Shown here: positions 27,754 through 37,510 of the stretch, piece after piece
Numbering within the stretch: the first letter of the stretch is position 1
Layout: each line of letters starts with the position of its first letter
Origin: Halobacteriales archaeon
GTDB taxonomy: Archaea > Halobacteriota > Halobacteria > Halobacteriales > SKSH01
Assembly (NCBI GenBank): GCA_007118145.1
Contig: SKSD01000056.1
Location: 19,851-83,850, forward strand
Length of the DNA stretch: 64,000 nucleotides
Direction: 5' to 3'
Made by a program: the position numbers and the translations under genes
Notes under the pieces: generated by a model
The model's input: only the letters and a program-made list of their open reading frames with translations
What the model was told of the DNA's origin: nothing
The model's database searches: none

Positions 27754-28860
27754 ATGCGTACAACCCCCCATTCGAACCGTCGAACGTTCCTCAAAGCAGC
27801 CGGAGTCGGTGGTGTTGCACTCCTCGCAGGATGTGTCGCCGCACCGGCGCAAGAGCCAGAGAACGGTAATTCAGATCAACCGACACAGACACCATCCAAC
27901 CAGCCGGTCGAACTCGAACCACCTCGCGAGCTTGAGATCGACTCGGTCGCTGCTGACCCCACCGGCATCCCACCACCGGTCGATTGGGACGAACCGCGGC
28001 ACCACGAGATTGAGCTCTTCACCACTGAGCGTATCGCGGAGGTCGAACCAGGCGTCACGTTCCAGTACATGACGTTCAACGACCAGATCCCCGGTCCGAT
28101 GATCCGGGTACGCCGCGGTGACACCGTCCACTTCACCCTCGAAAACCCTGAGGACCAGGGCATGTTGCACAACATCGACTTCCACGCAGTCTACGGTCCG
28201 GGCGGTGCCGCCGTGCACACGAACGTCCTCCCCGGGGAGACAGCCGAGGTTGAGTTCAAGGCGATGTACCCCGGCGTGCACATCTACCACTGCGCGGTGC
28301 CAGACATGGACTACCACATCAGCGCAGGCATGTTCGGGGCCATCCTCGTCGAGCCTGAAGACGGCCTGCCGGAGGTCGACCGCGAACTCTACTTCGGCCA
28401 GCATGAGCTGTATACGAACGGCAGTGCCGGCGAAGAGGGTCACCACAGCTTCGACATGCAGTCGATGTTCGATGAGGATCCGACCTACGTGTTGCTCAAT
28501 GCCGAGGCATACGGTTTCACCGAGAATGGCAAGCAGGGCCCGGTCATCGTTGAAAAGGGCGATCGCATCCGCGTCTTCCTCGCCAATGGTGGGCCGAATC
28601 TGACTAGTGCGTGGCACCCCATCGGAAACGTGTGGACGAACCTCTACCGTGATGGTGACCTCGTATCAGCTCCCTCCCGGTACGTCGAGACGACGCCTGT
28701 TGCACCAGGAACGGTCGCTGCTGCTGAGATGGACACACCGGTTCCCGGACCCATCAAGCTGGTCGATCACGCACTCAGCCGGGTGCGAGCCAAGGGGCTG
28801 CTCGCGGTGATCCAAGTCGAGGGCGAGGAGGAGCCGGATATCTACAATCCCAACCCATAG
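27754..28860 (+). CDS. nirK: copper-containing nitrite reductase, Tat lipoprotein
   Basis: SNRRTFLKAAGVGGVALLAGC is a Tat signal with lipobox. Copper ligand motifs HNIDFH and YHCAVPDMDYHISAGM, plus later WHPIG and LVDHAL. Confidence 0.85.
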   Translation: MRTTPHSNRRTFLKAAGVGGVALLAGCVAAPAQEPENGNSDQPTQTPSNQPVELEPPRELEIDSVAADPTGIPPPVDWDEPRHHEIELFTTERIAEVEPGVTFQYMTFNDQIPGPMIRVRRGDTVHFTLENPEDQGMLHNIDFHAVYGPGGAAVHTNVLPGETAEVEFKAMYPGVHIYHCAVPDMDYHISAGMFGAILVEPEDGLPEVDRELYFGQHELYTNGSAGEEGHHSFDMQSMFDEDPTYVLLNAEAYGFTENGKQGPVIVEKGDRIRVFLANGGPNLTSAWHPIGNVWTNLYRDGDLVSAPSRYVETTPVAPGTVAAAEMDTPVPGPIKLVDHALSRVRAKGLLAVIQVEGEEEPDIYNPNP

Positions 28861-28879
28861 GTAGCCAAATACCTCGTGT

Positions 28880-29149
28880 TCATCCCTCGATTTTGTTGAT
28901 GATGGAGACCGCCTGCGACTGAGCCCGCGCCTTGCCGACATGCTTCGGTATCAAGATGGACTGAACGACCCACTCGTCAGTCCCCTTTCGCCGCCCGGTT
29001 CGGACACGACATCCCTCGGAGATCGATGAGGCTGCATTCGATGCCCAGATCGGCGTGCGAATATCGACGAACTCGTCTGGGTCGCGAAACCGGACGTGAT
29101 AGTATGCACCCTCGAGTTCGACCAGCTTCGGTTTGGGGACACTTTCCAT
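28880..29149 (-). CDS. hypothetical protein (89 aa)
   Basis: Starts at the internal ATG 29147-29149 (MESVPKPKLVELEGAYYHVRFRDPDEF...). The longer ORF would overlap tmk. Confidence 0.45.
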   Translation of the reverse strand: MESVPKPKLVELEGAYYHVRFRDPDEFVDIRTPIWASNAASSISEGCRVRTGRRKGTDEWVVQSILIPKHVGKARAQSQAVSIINKIEG

Positions 29150-29332
29150 ACGAAGGCATCGAAGACTGACCCCATAACCAATAGCATTGGTCTGATACCG
29201 AGACAGTCTCTCTGCGTCAGATACCAGCTCATCACCCCGTGTCGATAAGTTCCGGAACATACGGTCACTACACAAGTCAATCGGTGAGAATCGCGTCTGC
29301 TTTAAGGGGCGTGAGTGACCAATCAATCAGGT

Positions 29333-29914
29333 ATGTTGGTCACGCTTGAGGGGCTCGATGGGAGTGGGAAGTCAACGGCGTGTCGACACCTTCGCGAGTG
29401 GTTTCAATCGGCTGTGTTCACACGCGAACCGACCACCTCATGGTACGGTGATGCGGTCCGTCGATCGGTTGATGATTCAGACGCAGATCCGGTAGCGGAG
29501 TTATTCCTCTACTGTGCAGATCACGCCGCTCATCTCAGCGAAACCATCATCCCGGCGCTCGATGATGACCGCTTGGTCATCTCAGACAGATACGTGGACT
29601 CACGTATCGCGTATCAGGGTGTGACCTTGCGTGACCGGATCGACGATCCAGCGAGGTTCGTCCGCGAACTACATGAACCGTTCACTGTCATGCCCGATCT
29701 CACCTGTTTCATCGAGGTTGACATCCCTACTGCCGTCCAGCGCAGTGGCGGTGCGACGAAGTTCGAACGACGTCCCTTCCTCGAGGCGGTCGCAACTGAG
29801 TACGACCGGATCATCGATGCAGAACCACAACGGTTCACCATCATCGACGGGGAGCAGGATATCGATGGGGTCGTGACTGATCTCGTTGAGGTGATCCAGG
29901 CGCATCATCCATGA
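29333..29914 (+). CDS. tmk: dTMP (thymidylate) kinase
   Basis: MLVTLEGLDGSGKST P-loop and DRYVDSRIAYQG. An upstream GTG at 29315 is possible. Confidence 0.85.
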   Translation: MLVTLEGLDGSGKSTACRHLREWFQSAVFTREPTTSWYGDAVRRSVDDSDADPVAELFLYCADHAAHLSETIIPALDDDRLVISDRYVDSRIAYQGVTLRDRIDDPARFVRELHEPFTVMPDLTCFIEVDIPTAVQRSGGATKFERRPFLEAVATEYDRIIDAEPQRFTIIDGEQDIDGVVTDLVEVIQAHHP

Positions 29915-30028
29915 CGCGGGTCCACAAGATAGATACCCTTGGTCTTCGGTTCAGTGAATAACAGTCGCAGTGTGGAACCAGTTTCGCGCAGATACGATCA
30001 CCACAATGTGCTCACTGCTACCACTACC

Positions 30029-30337
30029 ATGGCACAAGACGATGAGCTGACCGATGAGCGATCACACCAGACCGATGTATCGAAGCCTTGGTCAGCTGAG
30101 CGTCGGCCAAGTGAGGTGATCATAGAGGAGCTATCTTCTCTATCGGGCATCGACCCTATCGATCTCCCGGTCCTCTACGATTACGTCAACCCCGAGGCAC
30201 TCGATGCACTCATGCTGTCGGAGTCTACCCATAGCGACAACAGCATCAGGGTGACGTTCGAGTACGATGGCTACATCGTCTCGTGTCACAACCAGTTCGG
30301 CATCAGTATCGAGGAGCTATCCGATTCTGACGGTTGA
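30029..30337 (+). CDS. HalOD1 (haloarchaeal output domain 1) protein
   Basis: Starts at the ATG at 30029. ...IDPIDLPVLYDYVNPEALDAL...IRVTFEYDGYIVSCH... is the typical HalOD1 pattern. Confidence 0.65.
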   Translation: MAQDDELTDERSHQTDVSKPWSAERRPSEVIIEELSSLSGIDPIDLPVLYDYVNPEALDALMLSESTHSDNSIRVTFEYDGYIVSCHNQFGISIEELSDSDG

Positions 30338-30380
30338 CCGGGTGAGGACACGATCCGGACGCTCATCGGGGTGATCTCGA

Positions 30381-31364
30381 TCACGAGTTGTTCATTTCCA
30401 TCGCATCCATCTCGTACTCAAGCGTCTCCGCAAGTCCTTCACGAAGCGGTCGGTGGTCGAGACCCAATGCCTGTGTCGCCTTGGTATTATCTCCCCAGTA
30501 GGTGACACCTCCGAGGAGCCCGAGTGCCTCCGAGGTATACTGCGGAGGTGGCTGATAGAGCCGCTCGATAGGTGCGATGACCCGGGCAAGTACTCTAAAT
30601 ATAGCTGGAGAGACTGTCCGGGGTGGATCGATACCTGTCAGTGAAGCGGCCAGTTCGAACACGTCAGCTAAGGTGTACGGCTCCCCGGCGATGATGTACG
30701 TCTGGCCAGGGGTGCCTTGTTCCATCGCGCTGATGATACCGGATACGGTGTCCTCGACGTGTCCCCAGCAAAAACCATTCTCCCCGGGGATGACCGATAA
30801 CCTCTGTTGAAGGTATGCCTCCCAGAGCAACCACGTCGGCCCGCGATCTCCGGGACCGTACACCGCACCGGGTTGGACGATGATGAGCGGGAGGCCGTCA
30901 TCGATCATCGGCTCGGCCACCTCGTAGTGTGCCTCCCACTTTGTCCGGTCGTACAGTGAGAGATGCGGGCCATCGTATCGGAATGACTCATCGACCACCT
31001 CACCATGGGTGTTCGAGAAGACGGCGAGCGAGCTGGTGTACACGCCCTTATCGATATTGAGCTCGGCCATCACCTCGAGGACGTGACGTGTCCCCTCAAC
31101 GTTGACCGCCTCGGCGGTCGCAACGTCATCGACGCCGACCTTATACCAGGCCGCGAGGTGGAAGACACCGTCGACACCGGCCATGGGTTCACGGAGGCTC
31201 GCCTTGTCAGTGATATCGCCGACCGCGAGGTGGGCATCCGCTGGCAGTGCGTTCGCTCGTGACGGGCCACGCACGAGCGCGGTTACACGATGCCCGTCAT
31301 TGACGAGCCTCTCCACGAGGTGGCTACCGATGAAGCCCGTCGCGCCGGTCACGAGGTAGTGCAT
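30381..31364 (-). CDS. NAD-dependent epimerase/dehydratase-family protein
   Basis: Starts at the internal ATG 31362-31364 (MHYLVTGATGFIGSHL). The 83-aa upstream extension is Ser/Pro-rich and overlaps the next gene. Confidence 0.8.
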   Translation of the reverse strand: MHYLVTGATGFIGSHLVERLVNDGHRVTALVRGPSRANALPADAHLAVGDITDKASLREPMAGVDGVFHLAAWYKVGVDDVATAEAVNVEGTRHVLEVMAELNIDKGVYTSSLAVFSNTHGEVVDESFRYDGPHLSLYDRTKWEAHYEVAEPMIDDGLPLIIVQPGAVYGPGDRGPTWLLWEAYLQQRLSVIPGENGFCWGHVEDTVSGIISAMEQGTPGQTYIIAGEPYTLADVFELAASLTGIDPPRTVSPAIFRVLARVIAPIERLYQPPPQYTSEALGLLGGVTYWGDNTKATQALGLDHRPLREGLAETLEYEMDAMEMNNS

Positions 31365-31380
31365 GGATGGCGTATCACCC

Positions 31381-32244
31381 TCAGCCACGTAGTCGTCCGG
31401 TCTCCATGGCGTAGTATACCCCGGCAACGGCGATGAGATAGAGGATGAACAGCGCGAAGAATGCCCAAGTGACCGGGTTGTCCATGTCGAAGTCACCCCA
31501 TGTGCGGGCGGCTCCGATGAGGAACAACGCGAAGGCGATGAGCTGTGTCTCGGCGACGATCCGTGCTGCTGCCCATCGTTCGTCGAGGCCGACCAACAGG
31601 TTGGACAGGCCAAAGAGGACGAACCACCCGAGCAAGATCCTCGAGGTGAGCGGTGAGACCGCCCATGGCCAGTGGTCGATGAGCGGCTGTGGCTCGATGA
31701 ACAATACGATCGACATCACCGTGAGGCCGATACCTGTGACAGCGCTGATGCGTCTGATACGCCTCGGGATCCGTACGATATCTGGCCCAAGCTCCTTCGG
31801 ATCGGTGCGACGGTTGAGGTACCATACGGCTGGGACGAGTACCGGAGAAACCACGTACAGGAACGCCCACGCATAGAAGCTGACGTGCTCGTGATTGAAG
31901 TTACCCCAGTGGAGGTACGTTGCGATCCCCATGAACCACACGAAGCCGGTGATACCAGGGAAGACGTGACCGACGCGGTGGAACTTATCGACCGTAGCCA
32001 CACGGTAGAAGAAGTAGGCACCAGTGCCGTAGCCAGCACCCATGAAGATCGGCGTCATGTTGGGCTGGATCGTCCACGCGAAGAGTTCCTCCGTCCGGTC
32101 GGGCAGGCCGAACAGGATGACGAACGCGACCGCAAGGATTGGGATGATGACCCGACCTAACCACCGCGTCACAGGCAGGACGCGGTCGTCCTTGGTCGGT
32201 TGTGCACCGAGGCCGAAAAACTGTTTGACGCCTGCCATGCTCAC
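31381..32244 (-). CDS. integral membrane protein (about 7-8 TM helices), unknown function
   Basis: 287 aa with repeated hydrophobic helices. Sits 16 nt upstream of the epimerase gene on the same strand. Confidence 0.6.
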   Translation of the reverse strand: MSMAGVKQFFGLGAQPTKDDRVLPVTRWLGRVIIPILAVAFVILFGLPDRTEELFAWTIQPNMTPIFMGAGYGTGAYFFYRVATVDKFHRVGHVFPGITGFVWFMGIATYLHWGNFNHEHVSFYAWAFLYVVSPVLVPAVWYLNRRTDPKELGPDIVRIPRRIRRISAVTGIGLTVMSIVLFIEPQPLIDHWPWAVSPLTSRILLGWFVLFGLSNLLVGLDERWAAARIVAETQLIAFALFLIGAARTWGDFDMDNPVTWAFFALFILYLIAVAGVYYAMETGRLRG

Positions 32245-32385
32245 CTCGACTGTTCCCGATCTGCCATGGCATGGCTTACGGCTGCCTGCGTCCGTTCGTC
32301 ACCATACCTCATGCCACTGAGTCCCATCATATGGGGAGAGATGTTACTCTGATAGATAACTGCACCCGAAGTGATGCGGATTCGT

Positions 32386-33002
32386 TTAGCGAGACGTGAT
32401 CGTCCGCGAACGGTCCATTGGTCGGGTATCTTCGTCGAAGAGGATGTCAATGCGGTCGTCAACGGTGTAGGTGTCCTCGATGATACCACCAGCTGATGCG
32501 GTGACCTCGTGTTCGATCTCGATCCCCTGGAACTTCGTCTCGTCGTGGGTGTCGCTTCGAAGGGTGAATCCGATCGACGTGGTCCCACGGCCAAGTTCGT
32601 CGAACGATTCGATCTCGAGGATACTCCAGTCATGGTCGCGATAGAAGTTGGTCTCGCCGTAGGCCACGCCTGGAACGCGCAGGTCGATCGAGCCCGGTGG
32701 TGAGCCACCCCAGGCACCATCATCACCGAGGGGTCGGAGGCGGAGGGTGGCCGAGGTGAGCTCGGTATCGCCTGGTTGTACGATGGTACTTAGATGAGGT
32801 AGATCTATCCGATATCGTGGGCGTACTCGGGAGAGATGACGAGCAGGTCATCGTCTTCCTCGGTGTAGGTGAGTGTCACGCTGTATGCACCGTGGTCGAC
32901 CTCTGGATCGGCCAACACAGTCTCAGCATCGATTGAGAGACACCCGCCACGTGTGACTGTCGAGGTGGAGGCCGCCAGTGCAAGGTGCGCTCGCCGTCGC
33001 AT
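32386..33002 (-). pseudogene. Tat lipoprotein gene, apparently split by a 1-nt frameshift near 32805
   Basis: The upstream ORF reads MRRRAHLALAASTSTVTRGGC...SPEYAHDIG and stops at 32805-32807. The next frame is open from 32847 and reads ..DLPHLSTIVQPGDTELTSATLRLRPLGDDGAWGG.. on into track ORF 32386..32667. That frame has no ATG/GTG/TTG before 32667. Confidence 0.45.
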
Positions 33003-33101
33003 GGGTTCCTTCGCATCAGAACGTCTGGCACTCAGCCATTCCAACACCCCGTTATGTGACTCACCACAGGATATGAATCGGTGTCACGCCAGCTAGCGCC
33101 A

Positions 33102-33422
33102 TCATGATCCATAGAGCTGCTCGTCAACCTCCTCGGGTGACTCAACCCATACGAGGTCGATCGTCGCCCCGAGGGCGAAGGGGATGATGATAGCCACGAT
33201 GGTGACGATATAGGTATCTTGCAGATCGAACCCCATGTGGAAGACACCGCTGAGGATGAGCGTCGAAGCGAGGAGGGCCATCGTGACGAACAACAGGCCG
33301 AATACGGCCGACCCGACTCGTGTGTCGAGCAAGAGCCTGAAAAACCGCGTGCCAAGTGCGGCGATCATCGTGTTGATGGCCATCAACAGCAACAATCCAA
33401 ACACCTCTCCGGCAGCGACCAT
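33102..33422 (-). CDS. small membrane protein (3 TM helices)
   Basis: 106 aa, hydrophobic throughout, with an acidic tail. Confidence 0.55.
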   Translation of the reverse strand: MVAAGEVFGLLLLMAINTMIAALGTRFFRLLLDTRVGSAVFGLLFVTMALLASTLILSGVFHMGFDLQDTYIVTIVAIIIPFALGATIDLVWVESPEEVDEQLYGS

Positions 33423-33493
33423 ACGTGTATCTACGTTCGAGCGGGTTTTTGCCTATCGGAACGGCTTTGGCCGGGCGGTCTGGCATATTGGGT

Positions 33494-34531
33494 ATGTATC
33501 GTGTGCTCGAAGATCGCGGCTTGGAGGCGACCGGCCTCGACGAGGGAGATGCGCGCGAACTCTATCGACACATGGCTCGCGCCAGACGCTTTGATGAGCG
33601 CGCGCTCAACCTGCAACGCCGAGGTTGGATGAGTGGCTATCCACCCTTCAAGGGTCAGGAGGCATCACAGGTCGGAGCGGCGTATGCAATGGCAGAGGAT
33701 GACTGGCTGTTTCCCACCTATCGATCGAATGCGATGTTACTGACTCTCGGGGTGGCGATGGAGGATATCCTGCTGTTCCGCCGAGGTTTCGGGGAGTTCC
33801 ACCGCGAGACGCGCACACAGCCGATCTTCCCCCAAGCGGTACCGATCGCGACGCAGATACCACACGCGACAGGTGTGGGTATGGCAGCGAACTACGTCGA
33901 TGCCGACCATGGGGTGGTCTGTTACTTCGGTGATGGCGCGACGAGTGAGGGCGATTTCCACGAGGGGCTCAACTTCGCCGGCGTGTTCCAGACCCCGACG
34001 CTGTTTTTCTGTGAGAACAACCACTGGGCGATAAGCGTGCCACGTGAGCGCCAGACAGCAAGTGATACACTTGCCCAGAAGGCCATCGCCTACGGGTTCG
34101 AGGGTGAGCAGGTAGACGGTACCGATCCACTCGCCGTGGCCGATCTCGTCCGGACGACCCTCGATGAGGTACGCACCGGCACGCCGTTTATGATAGAGAG
34201 TCTGACCTATCGCCATGGTGCACACACCACAGCTGACGATCCGTCTCGATATCGTGAGGCAAGTAATGTGGATGACTGGCGCATGCTAGATCCGCTTGAG
34301 CGGTTTGAAGGCTACCTACTTGAGGAGGGTATCATCGACGAGGCAGAGGTGACTGACTGGGAGGACACAGTCAATGCGGAGCTCACCGAGGCGGTCAACG
34401 TAGTGGAGTCCATGGAACCACCCCCACCAGGTGATATGTTCGATGATCTATTCGAATCGCTACCGACACCGCTTCGACGTCAACGTGACGACGTACTCAC
34501 ACGTATCGAGCGATCTCAGTCGACTGAGTGA
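33494..34531 (+). CDS. thiamine-diphosphate-dependent 2-oxoacid dehydrogenase E1 alpha subunit
   Basis: Starts at the ATG at 33494 (MYRVLEDRG...). YRHMARARRFDERA..., and the TPP motif GDGATSEGDFHEGLNFA. Confidence 0.8.
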   Translation: MYRVLEDRGLEATGLDEGDARELYRHMARARRFDERALNLQRRGWMSGYPPFKGQEASQVGAAYAMAEDDWLFPTYRSNAMLLTLGVAMEDILLFRRGFGEFHRETRTQPIFPQAVPIATQIPHATGVGMAANYVDADHGVVCYFGDGATSEGDFHEGLNFAGVFQTPTLFFCENNHWAISVPRERQTASDTLAQKAIAYGFEGEQVDGTDPLAVADLVRTTLDEVRTGTPFMIESLTYRHGAHTTADDPSRYREASNVDDWRMLDPLERFEGYLLEEGIIDEAEVTDWEDTVNAELTEAVNVVESMEPPPPGDMFDDLFESLPTPLRRQRDDVLTRIERSQSTE

Positions 34532-34577
34532 CCGATTTCACCCGACCCTTTAGGTTGTCCGGTCACGACATATTGGT

Positions 34578-34793
34578 ATGCCACCCCACCTCATCGAACG
34601 CATTCGCACGTTGCTGAGGGGGATATTCCCATCCGATACTGACAGCGAGGATGATGACAGTCACTTCACCCCCTCGTTGCTTGATGCCGGTGTGTTGTTC
34701 GCACACGGGAAGGGAAACGAGGCAGAGCGAGAGATCGATCGTATCAGACAACAGGCTGAGCAACTCGAAGACCAACACAGGGACCAACCATGA
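34578..34793 (+). CDS. small acidic hypothetical protein (71 aa)
   Basis: ATG-initiated and acidic (SDTDSEDDDSH...). The overlapping minus-strand ORF 34563..34823 looks less protein-like. Confidence 0.4.
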   Translation: MPPHLIERIRTLLRGIFPSDTDSEDDDSHFTPSLLDAGVLFAHGKGNEAEREIDRIRQQAEQLEDQHRDQP

Positions 34794-34878
34794 GACCATA
34801 GTCTGGATACCGCGAGTGGCCAACTCACCGGCTAGTGTATGCCTATCTATTGCTACGATGTGTGAAGATACGCCTTAG

Positions 34879-35766
34879 ATGAACATCCTCGTCACTGGTG
34901 CCACGGGATTCGTCGGATCTGCACTCATCCCAGCGTTACTGGACACTGGTCATCAGGTGACTGCCATGGTTCGAGACATGTCGAGATACGATCCCCCTGA
35001 GGGTGTACAAGTCGTCGAGGCAGATCTGCTCGATGCGGCAAGCCTCGAGGGTGTGTTCGACGGTATCGATGTGGTGTACTACCTCGTCCACTCACTGCAG
35101 GCTGGCGAGCGCTTCGCCGAGCGTGACAGACAGGCCGCGACGAACTTCGCTGATACAGCGACAGCTGCCGGGGTCACCCGGGTGATCTACCTCGGCGGCC
35201 TCGGGGAGACAGGTACCGAGCTCTCTGAGCATCTACGCTCTCGTCAGGAGGTCGAGACTGTCCTCGCTGACGGTGGATACGCCTTGACGACGCTGCGAGC
35301 TGCGATCATCATCGGTGCTGAAAGTTCGAGCTTCACGATGATTAGACAGCTGGCTGGTCGCCTGCCCGTGATGCTCACCCCGAGGTGGGTGCGCACACCG
35401 TGTCAACCGATCGCTCTTGCGGACGTACTCGGCTACCTCGTCGGTGTGTTGGACATCCCAGAGACAGCAGGTGAGACGTTCGAGATCGGTGGTCCGGAGG
35501 TGCTGTCGTACGAGGAGATACTCAAGGTGACGGCAAGACACCTTGGCAAGCGTCCGATTATCATCCCCATTCCTATCCTCTCACCTGCATTGTCGGTGTA
35601 CTGGGTCGATCTCGTCACCGACGTGCCGAAGGCCGTTGCGCATCCGCTCATCTACGGACTGAAAAACCCAGTAGTAGTATCGGATAACCGTATCCGTGAA
35701 CTCGTTCCGATCGAGTTGACACCGTTCGATGTGGCCGTCGAGCGAGCACTCGGTGCCCCCTCCTGA
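34879..35766 (+). CDS. NAD(P)H-binding NmrA/SDR-like protein
   Basis: MNILVTGATGFVGSAL; 295 aa. Confidence 0.75.
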   Translation: MNILVTGATGFVGSALIPALLDTGHQVTAMVRDMSRYDPPEGVQVVEADLLDAASLEGVFDGIDVVYYLVHSLQAGERFAERDRQAATNFADTATAAGVTRVIYLGGLGETGTELSEHLRSRQEVETVLADGGYALTTLRAAIIIGAESSSFTMIRQLAGRLPVMLTPRWVRTPCQPIALADVLGYLVGVLDIPETAGETFEIGGPEVLSYEEILKVTARHLGKRPIIIPIPILSPALSVYWVDLVTDVPKAVAHPLIYGLKNPVVVSDNRIRELVPIELTPFDVAVERALGAPS

Positions 35767-35825
35767 GATGTCGCTGTGAGCAGCCGCAAGCTGGGGTGTT
35801 GAAACCCGTTAGCGAGTATGCACGA

Positions 35826-36395
35826 TCAGCAAACGAACGTCTCGTGACAGGCGACCATGGTCGAGATGACACTGGATCTGAAATGGTCATCGTCGACGAT
35901 CTCGAGGTTGGTCGATGAGCTGTTGCAATCGAAGAGATCGCAGGGAACTCTGAGCCCGTGTTCGGTACCTGCATCGGGGAGACGCACCTTCACGAGATAT
36001 CTCGATGGTCGCAGGAGTGATACTTCGAGATACTCGTCATGATTGAGGTCATAGAGCTCGTGATGGGTCACCTCGTCCTCGAGGACGTCGAAGACACCGA
36101 ACTCGACCGGCTGCGCATCAGCTGCGTTGATGACCCTGATGCCATGTGGGCCGAACGCATCGTCGACACCCTCTCGCGACCCGAGTTCGATTCGTTCGGT
36201 CTCATCCCAGTCCTCCCATCGGTCCTCGATGCCCTCATCATCGTTCACAGGAAACTCGTCTGGATCTTCGGGGAACGTCATCGATTGTTGTGCAGGTGAG
36301 GAGGAGTTTGATAGGTGGCCAAGACAGCCTGCCATGGAGGTGACCGAGCCAGCTGCGACGCCGGCGATGACCTGTCGGCGGTTGAGACGAGGCAT
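35826..36395 (-). CDS. Tat/lipobox lipoprotein of unknown function
   Basis: MPRLNRRQVIAGVAAGSVTSMAGCLG followed by an acidic mature region. Confidence 0.65.
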   Translation of the reverse strand: MPRLNRRQVIAGVAAGSVTSMAGCLGHLSNSSSPAQQSMTFPEDPDEFPVNDDEGIEDRWEDWDETERIELGSREGVDDAFGPHGIRVINAADAQPVEFGVFDVLEDEVTHHELYDLNHDEYLEVSLLRPSRYLVKVRLPDAGTEHGLRVPCDLFDCNSSSTNLEIVDDDHFRSSVISTMVACHETFVC

Positions 36396-36509
36396 ATATA
36401 TTGGATGACAGTAGCGTCCGTGATAAGCCTCCGGCAGAGTGAAAACCGATTTTCAGTCAACGTCTTCGATCACGGGTCGTCGTCGGTCAGGCACCCGAAG
36501 GATGGTGTC

Positions 36510-36740
36510 TCACTCGAGTGCGATGTACGTCTTGGTGTCGAGTACGCCATCGAGCGTTTGTACTCCACTCGAGACCACATCGAGGACGTCGTGCACCTCG
36601 TCCACCTCTACCTCGGCGATGATGTCGTACTCCCCGGCGACAATATGTGCCTCGACGATCCCAGTTATCCCCTCGAGCGAGTCGAGGACGCCTGCAGATG
36701 CACCCGCACCGGTCTTGATCAGGACGAACGCGTAGACCAT
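36510..36740 (-). CDS. stand-alone Lrp/AsnC ligand-binding (RAM) domain protein
   Basis: 76 aa from the ATG at 36738-36740. MVYAFVLIKTGAGASAGVLDSLEGITGIVEAHIVAGEYDIIAEVEV... Confidence 0.75.
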   Translation of the reverse strand: MVYAFVLIKTGAGASAGVLDSLEGITGIVEAHIVAGEYDIIAEVEVDEVHDVLDVVSSGVQTLDGVLDTKTYIALE

Positions 36741-36824
36741 CTCTCCTGATGGTACTCGCCACCGGGGCAAAAGCGTTCAGCCACAGCGGAGCTTTATTTG
36801 CCTGGCTCGCCAAGCAGGTACTAC

Positions 36825-37508
36825 ATGCGGTTCGTGATCATCGGCGCTGGTCGTGTCGGCCTTCGAACGGCACGTGTGTTGCAAGAGGAGGGGCATGATG
36901 TCGTCCTGGTCGAGCGCAACCAGGGTCGTGTCGAACGTGCACGCCGAGGTGGGTTTTCCGTCATCGAGGGTGACGGCTCTCGCGAGCAGGTACTCGAGAG
37001 TGCCGGCATCGATAGGGCCGATGCACTCGGCGCACTCACGAGTGACCTCAACGTCAACTTCGCCGCCTGCCTCATCGGGAAACATCACGGCTGTCGCACC
37101 GTGATGCGCATCGACGAGGATTACCGCGAGGATATCTACCGCCGCTATGCCGAGCAGGTCGATGAGATCGTCTACCCCGAGCGTCTCGGGGCGATCGGAG
37201 CGAAGAATGCCATGCTCGGTGGTGATATCAGGGCGATCGCCGATATCGCACAGAACCTCCAACTCGTCGAACTCACGGTCACGGCGAACTCGCCCACACA
37301 GGGATACACCATCAGCGAGGTACAGCTCCCGGCAAACGCACGGCTGTTGGCCATTGCCAAACGTGGTGAGTCAATCGGCCTACCCGATCCGGATCTGTCG
37401 CTCGAGGTCGGTGACCGACTGGTCGTCCTGGCTGATTTCGATGTGCTCGAGGATGTCCGTCAGATCGTCGTCGGCCCGGAGGATGCCATCCTCTCTGCGA
37501 GTGAGTGA
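36825..37508 (+). CDS. trkA: potassium-transport NAD-binding protein TrkA
   Basis: MRFVIIGAGRVGLRTARVLQEEGHDVVLVE (RCK-N domain) plus a C-terminal RCK-C-like segment. Confidence 0.8.
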   Translation: MRFVIIGAGRVGLRTARVLQEEGHDVVLVERNQGRVERARRGGFSVIEGDGSREQVLESAGIDRADALGALTSDLNVNFAACLIGKHHGCRTVMRIDEDYREDIYRRYAEQVDEIVYPERLGAIGAKNAMLGGDIRAIADIAQNLQLVELTVTANSPTQGYTISEVQLPANARLLAIAKRGESIGLPDPDLSLEVGDRLVVLADFDVLEDVRQIVVGPEDAILSASE

Positions 37509-37510
37509 CC

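Noticed and set aside
27871-28617. 248-aa minus-strand ORF over nirK
   Set aside because: It is antisense to a gene with all the Cu-ligand motifs and has no features of its own.
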